DNA from: a virus
Taxonomy: Duplodnaviria > Caudoviricetes
IMG/VR virus record: IMGVR_UViG_3300001683_000042
Location: 1-52,602 of that record
Reading direction: 5' to 3' (one strand)
DNA: 52,602 nt
Below are positions 45,924 to 52,602 of the stretch, piece after piece; position 1 is the stretch's first letter, and each line of letters begins with the position of its first letter. The notes beneath the pieces are model-generated. The model made no database searches and was not told where the DNA came from. It saw only the letters and a program-made list of their open reading frames with translations. The translations under genes were made by a program, and so were the position numbers.

Positions 45924-48776
45924 ATGAGTACAGAAGTAAAATTTAGAAGAGGAAGTACTACCCAACATGCTACATTCACGGGAGCGTTTGGCGAGGTAAC
46001 AGTAGATACTGATCTTAATACATTACGAATACATGATGGTTCCACTGTAGGTGGTCATAGAATACTATTACATAGCGAATTTGTTGCAACAGGAGCAGGT
46101 ACTGTAACAGAAATAGATACAGGCATAGGGCTAACTGGCGGACCAATTACTTCATCAGGTACATTGGAATTAGATTCTGCTACACAAACAACCCTTACAA
46201 ATTCACAAACTGCTTATAGTTGGGGCGACCACGCAACTTTTAGTTACCTAACTAATATACTCAGTCAAAATGTAGGTAATTTGGTAAACGTTAATGACAC
46301 AGGAATAGCAGATGGCCAAATACTTCAGTATCAATCTAATGTAAGTCAGTATTTACCTATAGATTTACCAACTGGAGGAGGAGGCGGGGGAGGTTCTGCA
46401 GATTTTACAGGACTTACAGATACTCCAAGTAACTATACAACTGAACAATATAAAATTTTAAGAGTCAACACAAATGAAGATGGATTAGAATTTGTAGAAA
46501 ATACAGGAGAATCAAACTTAGCATCTAATAGAGGTGCTGGAGAAGGTCTAGTATTTTATGCAAAAGATAATGCTACCGGCGATTTACAATTTAGAAGTAT
46601 AAGAGCTGGTACAGGAATGTCTATATCACAAACATCTAATGAAATTACAATTGATGCTCCGAGTATAACTTATACTGCCGGAACAGGATTAGACGTAAAC
46701 AATAATGAATTTTCTATTGAACCTGGTTATATAAAAACTTCAGGCGATTATACTATAGGTGGTGACATAACATTTTCAGGAAGCACAGTATTTCAACAAC
46801 AACTAACATATGGAAGTCAAATTGTTATAGATCACCCAGCCGCTGTTGATAAAGAAATATTTTTTAGAGGTAAAATAATCGATGCTTCAAATGATTTTGT
46901 AGAAATGTCTAATGCTACTACATCAACTTCTCAATTATCGCCTTGTGTTAGAGGTGGTGTTGAATCTAGTACATCTATTGCTAGTATGAGTGTAATAGGT
47001 GAAGTCCCAACTGCAAAGGATACCGGAATTTATCCTATGATGGATTTTGTAGTTAAAAAAGGTGGTGATGTTACTGATTATTCTTATGGAGTAGAGGCGG
47101 CAATTGCAGTAAGACCGTTGTTTGATTTTAAAAACTATACTACCAGTGTATTAACAATAAAACCAACCGGAACAGAAATAGCCGCAGGATTAACTGTTTT
47201 TGGTGGTACTTCAATTCCTTATAATTTAAAATTTAAAAATAGTTTTTCATTGAAAAGTGGATTAGAAAGTGCAATCGACGCTTCAACTTATCCTGGTTGT
47301 GTTGGTGTTGCAAGTAATGAGTTATATTTTTCAGCAACTAGTAATAGTGGAGAATGGTTAAGAGTAGCAAAATCAACAGAAGTTCCATCAGGCGTATTTT
47401 ATAAAATTACAGCAGATGCTGGTGGATCTGCAGAAGCAACAAGTATTACCGATGAACTTACAATTGAAGGTGGTACTGGCATAGATACCTTAAGAGCAGG
47501 AAATGTTATTACAATTACAAATACTGGTAGCGGTGGAGGTGGTGGAGGAACCACACAAGATTTATGGGCAACTATAAATGCTGATGCCGGAACGGCAACG
47601 GCAAATAGTTCTACCGATATATTCACAGTTACCGGCGGAACTAATATTACAACTAGTATTACAGGAGACGAACTTCTAATTGATTCATCTTTTGCCGCAG
47701 ATATATTTAAATCCGTTGCTGTTGCAAACGAACCTACTATTATAGCGGCAGGATTAACAGATACATTAACATTTATTGCAGGCACAAATGTTACAATAGA
47801 TACTAATGCAACTACCCAAAGTATTACAATTAATTCAACTGCAACAAGCGGAGGCGGCGGAACAACAACAACCGCATTTGGTACAATTAGTGTTCAAGGT
47901 CAGACAGATGTTGTTGCAGATAATGCCACCGGAGCAGGCGATACGTTAACATTAATTGCTGGAACTGGAATTGCTTTATCAACAGATAATTCGGCTGATA
48001 GTATTACAGTTACAAATTCTTCTCAAGCCACATCGGCATTTTCAACTATAGCAGTATCAGGACAATTAGATGTTCAAGCAGATTCGGCTGCAGATACATT
48101 AACATTAGAAGCAGGTTCTAATATTACATTAACCACTGATTCCGTAACAGATAAAATAATAATACATTCGGCCGCAGTAAGCCAAGACACATATAAAAAT
48201 ATTGCAGTATCGGGACAACTTACTCTTACTGCAAATCAATCTGATGATACCGTAACTTTTGTAGAAGGTACGGGCGTGACTATTACTACAAGTTCTGCAA
48301 ATGATACTGTTACCTTTGCGGCGGCGGCGGCAACATTTGAACCAAAAACCGTTGCGGCTAGAACATTTTTTGTTCAAACACCATCATATCATTATGTAAT
48401 GTCAAATACAGATTTTGGGGTAGATGACATTCCGGTAACAGGTAATAATTTAAGCAACGGTACCGCAGTAAGTCCTACAATATACGTTATTGGAGGGCAT
48501 ACATATGCATTTACATTAGATACCACAGGGCATGGTTTTATGATAAAAACAGCCGCAGGTGAAGGAATTACAGGACAGCAATCCGTGTTTAATACAGGAT
48601 TACGACATCTTGATACTTTAGGTAATTGGACATACGGCAACACGGCTCAAGGAAACGTTTCGGGTACTTTATTTTGGACAGTACCTCAAGTAATAAGCGG
48701 AAATTATATATATCAATGTATTCTTCATGGAAACATGTTCGGTACAATAGTAGTTATAGATGTAACAACATTATAG
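45924..48776 (+). CDS. Fibre protein with an Mtd-N-like head and a C-terminal cupredoxin-like domain
   Basis: KFRRGST...FTGAFGEVTVDTD..TLRIHDG..VGG N-terminus; AF.TI.V.GQ....A....DTLT..AG repeats; GH...YQCILHGNMFGTIVV. Confidence 0.82.
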   Translation: MSTEVKFRRGSTTQHATFTGAFGEVTVDTDLNTLRIHDGSTVGGHRILLHSEFVATGAGTVTEIDTGIGLTGGPITSSGTLELDSATQTTLTNSQTAYSWGDHATFSYLTNILSQNVGNLVNVNDTGIADGQILQYQSNVSQYLPIDLPTGGGGGGGSADFTGLTDTPSNYTTEQYKILRVNTNEDGLEFVENTGESNLASNRGAGEGLVFYAKDNATGDLQFRSIRAGTGMSISQTSNEITIDAPSITYTAGTGLDVNNNEFSIEPGYIKTSGDYTIGGDITFSGSTVFQQQLTYGSQIVIDHPAAVDKEIFFRGKIIDASNDFVEMSNATTSTSQLSPCVRGGVESSTSIASMSVIGEVPTAKDTGIYPMMDFVVKKGGDVTDYSYGVEAAIAVRPLFDFKNYTTSVLTIKPTGTEIAAGLTVFGGTSIPYNLKFKNSFSLKSGLESAIDASTYPGCVGVASNELYFSATSNSGEWLRVAKSTEVPSGVFYKITADAGGSAEATSITDELTIEGGTGIDTLRAGNVITITNTGSGGGGGGTTQDLWATINADAGTATANSSTDIFTVTGGTNITTSITGDELLIDSSFAADIFKSVAVANEPTIIAAGLTDTLTFIAGTNVTIDTNATTQSITINSTATSGGGGTTTTAFGTISVQGQTDVVADNATGAGDTLTLIAGTGIALSTDNSADSITVTNSSQATSAFSTIAVSGQLDVQADSAADTLTLEAGSNITLTTDSVTDKIIIHSAAVSQDTYKNIAVSGQLTLTANQSDDTVTFVEGTGVTITTSSANDTVTFAAAAATFEPKTVAARTFFVQTPSYHYVMSNTDFGVDDIPVTGNNLSNGTAVSPTIYVIGGHTYAFTLDTTGHGFMIKTAAGEGITGQQSVFNTGLRHLDTLGNWTYGNTAQGNVSGTLFWTVPQVISGNYIYQCILHGNMFGTIVVIDVTTL

Positions 48777-48788
48777 GAAAATTTTTAA

Positions 48789-51700
48789 ATGAGTAGAACG
48801 GTAGTAACAGGCAAAACATTTGACACAAACCCCGATATTTTAGGAAATGCAACATTTTCTGGAGTAGAAGGGTTAACTATACCTATTGGTTCGACTGCAG
48901 AACGCCCTATCACCCCTTCGGAAGGTGTTATACGATATAATGAAACCACAGGTAAATTTGAAGGATATTCTAAAGATCCCAATGATAATACTCAAACACT
49001 TTGGGGATCTTTAGGCGGTGGAGCATTATTAGATTTAAGTGATATAGATGAATCAGGATTAGTAAATGGTAATTTACTTAAATGGGATAGTGTTTTAACT
49101 AAATTTGTTCCTACCGTCGGCGGAGCTATAGATAATATACTTGTTTCTGGACAGCCGAATTTAACAATACCAGCAACTGGCGATCTTGAATTCGTTTCTG
49201 GCGCAGGAATTCAATTAACAACTGATCCAAGCAATGGTAAACTTACCATTGCCTCTACTACCCAAGCAAATTTATCTGTAGATCTTTTTACAGGTGACGG
49301 CAGTACTAACGAATTTACATTAACAAGAGTTCCTCCATCACCTACAGATATACTTGTATTTGTTGATAGTTTATACCAAGCACCTTCATCATATACTATT
49401 GTAGGTACCAATCCTGCTAAATTAGTTTTTCCAGAAAATGTCCCAAATTTATTAGATATTACTGTTACATTTCTTAATTTAGATACTATACAAACAGTAG
49501 TTCAAGATGGAAGCATAACACCTGCAAAATTATCAGCAAGTACATATTACATAGATACATTTTATGGTGATGCAAGTACCAAAACATTTACTTTATCTCA
49601 ATTAGCAAGCACACCAAATCAATTATTAGTAATAATAAATGGAGTACTTCAAGAACCAGGTGCAGATAATGCTTATTCGGTTACAGGAACACAAATTACA
49701 TTTACAACTGCTCCTTCATATAATGCTCTTATAAAAGTAAGATTTTTGGGCGCAACATTTAACACGGCTAGTTCTATATCTCCAGATGCAGTTGGCATAC
49801 CTGAAATGGATATAAGTGGATCAGGAACAACAGGACAAGTATTAGGATTAGGATCATCGGGTGGTTTAATTTGGATATCACCTGACTCTGCAGATTTTAT
49901 ATATAACAACCAAACATTTACCAATGCTACTAGTATTGAATTTAATGTTGCATCTGGGTTTACTTTAACTGAAGGGAATCCTGGTGTATTAACAGTAGGA
50001 TTTGGTGATTATCTCACTACAGTATCTGTTACCGGTCAACCTACTATTTCCATAGATTCTTCGAGAGAATTAGAATTTATTGCAGGTCCTGGGGTAGGCA
50101 TAACAACCGACAATACTGTAGATGATAAAAAAGTTACTTGGTCAGTTTCGGTAGGAGCAATTACTGAAGATATATTGCCTGCAACTACATCTACTTACGA
50201 TTTAGGTTCTACTAGTAACGTATGGGATACAGTACATACAAATACTGTAGATTTAGGAAATATAACATTATCAGAAATTATAGGCGCTTTATTAATTCCT
50301 CATAGTCTTAAATTTGGTGGATCATATCCAATTGTATTAACAGCAACAGCAAATGGTTTAGAATTAGAAAAATTAACTATTGGTACTCCTGCTCAAATTT
50401 TAGCAGGTGAGCATGTAACATTAACTGCTACTACTGGTAAGTTAAATTTACCTGCAGAGAATATAGGTTTACCAGAATTAGATGTAAGCAATAGTGGAAC
50501 AGCAGGACAATATTTAAGTACGACAGGTAGCGCCTTACAATGGACAACAGGATTAACCGCAGTAACAGCAGGCACGGGATTACTGCTTCAAGGCGGCGGG
50601 ACTACTATAACATCTACAGGAACACTAATAGTAGACCCACAAATTTCCCAGGATGCTCTGCAAGGCGTTGTTGCATATGGTTGGGGGGATCATACTAGTA
50701 TAGGATATTTAACAAATATTACATCCGAAAATTTAACCGATTTAACAGATGTTAACACAGGTACATTAGGCATAGTTCATGATGGTTGGGCATTAGTATG
50801 GGACCATTCTACTTCAAAATTTATAGTAGCAAATACGACAGGTAACTGGTTATCAGGTACTGTAGCAGGTTCAATTTATTATGGTGGCGGACGAGTAGGT
50901 GTAGGTACAAGTACTCCATTAGGATTGCTTCATATTAATCAACAGGAATCAAGTCCATCTGATCCGTTAATTATACAGGACGGAGCATACAGACCTTTAT
51001 ATATTCCTGCAGGAGGTATGTTAACTTCCCAAACAGGTATACATTTAGAAACAGATTATGCTAGTTTAAATCCACCTACTGCGCCTACTACAGGAGGAAT
51101 ACTTTATTTTAAAAATGGGTTGCTACATTTTGTTTCAAGTACTTCACCAGAACAAATAATAATTACAGGCGCAGAAACCGCATTACCGAATGTTACTTCA
51201 ATTGGTACTACTGCATCACTTAAATTACCAACTGGTACAACTGCACAACGTGGCCCAACAATTCAAGGCGGTATTAGATACAGTACTGAATTAGCCACAT
51301 TTGAAGGATATGATGGCTCTAATTGGGGATCACTTGGCGGAATTATAGACGTCGACCAAGACACCTACATAACAGCAGAAGCAACCACTGATTCAGATGA
51401 TTTAGATTTTTGGACAGCAGGTACTAAACGAATGACAATAGACCAAACCGGTGCTGTTACAATTACTGGTACAGATGCTCTTGTTCTTCCTGCTGGTACA
51501 GATGCACAACGTAATACTGCTATACAGGGTGGATTTAGATATAACACAGATACACCCGGATTTGAAGGATATGATGGAACCGAATGGGGAGAAATAGGTG
51601 GATCTGCATCAGCATTAATAACTGAAACAACTACGATGCTAAGAGGACCATATGCTGAAACTATGCTTTTTTCAGATGCTTTTACCCTCGGAGGAGATAT

Positions 51701-52568
51701 TACATTAACTGATAATCTTTTCTTAGCAAAACTAGGCGAAGACGGTAATGATATTACCCTTTCAGATGATGGTAATTCTAGAACAATAACTGGTCAAGGA
51801 ACGATTGTGCCTGGAGCATTGTTTGATAGCTCATTTGCTATAGCCACTACCGCACAACCAAATATAACACAAATTGGAACTACTGCATCAATTAAAATAC
51901 CAACTGGTACAACTGCTCAAAGAGGAACTCCTTTAGCTGGCGGAATTCGATATAATACTACATTGGGTTCTTTTGAAGGTTATAGCGGATCTAATTGGGG
52001 ATCACTTGGCGGACTTATTGATATCGACCAAGACACCTACATAACAGCAGAAGCAACTATAGATAAAGATAGTTTAGATTTTTGGACTGCTGGCGTACAA
52101 CAAATGAGTATAGATTCGGCAGGTATTGTTAGTCTTTTTTCAACTGCATCAATAAAAGTACCAACTGGTACAACCGCACAACAAGGAACTGCAACAACTG
52201 GCGCATTTAGATTTAATACAACAGATACTAATTTTGAAGGATATGACGGAAGTGCTTGGAAAGCGGTCAAAGGCGTTACTGGAATAAATGACAACTCAAC
52301 TTCTGTAGCAATAACTATTGATTCTTCTGAAAATGTAGGCATCGGTATTGCAAATCCAGGAGCTTACAAACTTTATGTAAATGGTGATATTTACTGTGAT
52401 GATATTAGTACTTCTGATATAAAAATGTGCAATGATAGACCAAATCATCCTGGTAATGAAATCGATGGCACAAAAGGTTCATGGACGTTTCAGGAAGGAT
52501 CAGAAAATATGTACTTAATAAATAGGAAGAGCGGAAAACGTTACAAATTAAAGCTAGAAGAGGTCTAA
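48789..52568 (+). CDS. Large tail fibre/virion structural protein
   Basis: 1259 aa; repeated P.GTTAQR....G.IRYNT....FEGY.G..WG.LGG units, FTGDGST..FTL modules and C-terminal GNEIDGTKGSWTFQEG. Confidence 0.82.
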   Translation: MSRTVVTGKTFDTNPDILGNATFSGVEGLTIPIGSTAERPITPSEGVIRYNETTGKFEGYSKDPNDNTQTLWGSLGGGALLDLSDIDESGLVNGNLLKWDSVLTKFVPTVGGAIDNILVSGQPNLTIPATGDLEFVSGAGIQLTTDPSNGKLTIASTTQANLSVDLFTGDGSTNEFTLTRVPPSPTDILVFVDSLYQAPSSYTIVGTNPAKLVFPENVPNLLDITVTFLNLDTIQTVVQDGSITPAKLSASTYYIDTFYGDASTKTFTLSQLASTPNQLLVIINGVLQEPGADNAYSVTGTQITFTTAPSYNALIKVRFLGATFNTASSISPDAVGIPEMDISGSGTTGQVLGLGSSGGLIWISPDSADFIYNNQTFTNATSIEFNVASGFTLTEGNPGVLTVGFGDYLTTVSVTGQPTISIDSSRELEFIAGPGVGITTDNTVDDKKVTWSVSVGAITEDILPATTSTYDLGSTSNVWDTVHTNTVDLGNITLSEIIGALLIPHSLKFGGSYPIVLTATANGLELEKLTIGTPAQILAGEHVTLTATTGKLNLPAENIGLPELDVSNSGTAGQYLSTTGSALQWTTGLTAVTAGTGLLLQGGGTTITSTGTLIVDPQISQDALQGVVAYGWGDHTSIGYLTNITSENLTDLTDVNTGTLGIVHDGWALVWDHSTSKFIVANTTGNWLSGTVAGSIYYGGGRVGVGTSTPLGLLHINQQESSPSDPLIIQDGAYRPLYIPAGGMLTSQTGIHLETDYASLNPPTAPTTGGILYFKNGLLHFVSSTSPEQIIITGAETALPNVTSIGTTASLKLPTGTTAQRGPTIQGGIRYSTELATFEGYDGSNWGSLGGIIDVDQDTYITAEATTDSDDLDFWTAGTKRMTIDQTGAVTITGTDALVLPAGTDAQRNTAIQGGFRYNTDTPGFEGYDGTEWGEIGGSASALITETTTMLRGPYAETMLFSDAFTLGGDITLTDNLFLAKLGEDGNDITLSDDGNSRTITGQGTIVPGALFDSSFAIATTAQPNITQIGTTASIKIPTGTTAQRGTPLAGGIRYNTTLGSFEGYSGSNWGSLGGLIDIDQDTYITAEATIDKDSLDFWTAGVQQMSIDSAGIVSLFSTASIKVPTGTTAQQGTATTGAFRFNTTDTNFEGYDGSAWKAVKGVTGINDNSTSVAITIDSSENVGIGIANPGAYKLYVNGDIYCDDISTSDIKMCNDRPNHPGNEIDGTKGSWTFQEGSENMYLINRKSGKRYKLKLEEV
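51185..52265 (+). repeat. Internal direct duplication with a 672-bp offset in the 1259-aa gene
   Basis: tctaattggggatcacttggcgga...gaccaagacacctacataacagcagaagcaac at 51318 and 51990; ccaactggtacaac occurs three times. Confidence 0.85.
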
Positions 52569-52602
52569 ATGGTCGACTTAGTAATTAGACCTACAATTGG
52601 TG
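52569..52602 (+). CDS. Start of the next gene (partial)
   Basis: ATG directly after the previous stop, with GAGG upstream; MVDLVIRPTIG is open to the window end. Confidence 0.5.
   Translation, partial: MVDLVIRPTIG

Noticed and set aside
45924-46080. DGR implied by the Mtd-N-like domain
   Set aside because: This domain is a common fibre attachment module; no template repeat or RT is nearby
108-52342. Many short ORFs antisense to or nested in large genes (e.g. 8279..8692, 17109..17435, 19350..19721, 42086..42565)
   Set aside because: Shadow ORFs from codon bias, without RBS or recognisable motifs

Overview
AT-rich fragment of a large T4-like (myovirus-type) bacteriophage genome; no cellular genes are evident. 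Minus strand, left half: a fibre/appendage cluster (four tandem paralogous His/Cys/Trp-rich proteins and a 2024-aa fibre), the head module (gp23, gp22, gp21, acidic core protein, portal gp20) and a probable tape-measure protein. Centre: a gp26-like chaperone with a candidate programmed -1 frameshift, then a minus-strand block of late sigma gp55, 2OG-Fe(II) oxygenase, gp47, gp46, a short pyrD, an Hjc-like resolvase, a ~400-nt densely structured non-coding element and a nucleotidase. Right half, plus strand: a baseplate and fibre operon. Its fibres carry unusual cargo: a lysozyme-like domain, a PQQ-type glucose/sorbosone dehydrogenase propeller and a cupredoxin with an intact type-1 copper motif. 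The leading candidates for undescribed biology are the structured element 3' of the resolvase gene, the G/GT-like frameshift, the adjacent redox-domain fibres, phycobiliprotein-like CTRD repeats inserted in the large fibre, and the four-paralog array. All product calls come from motif recognition by eye; no database search or folding program was run.
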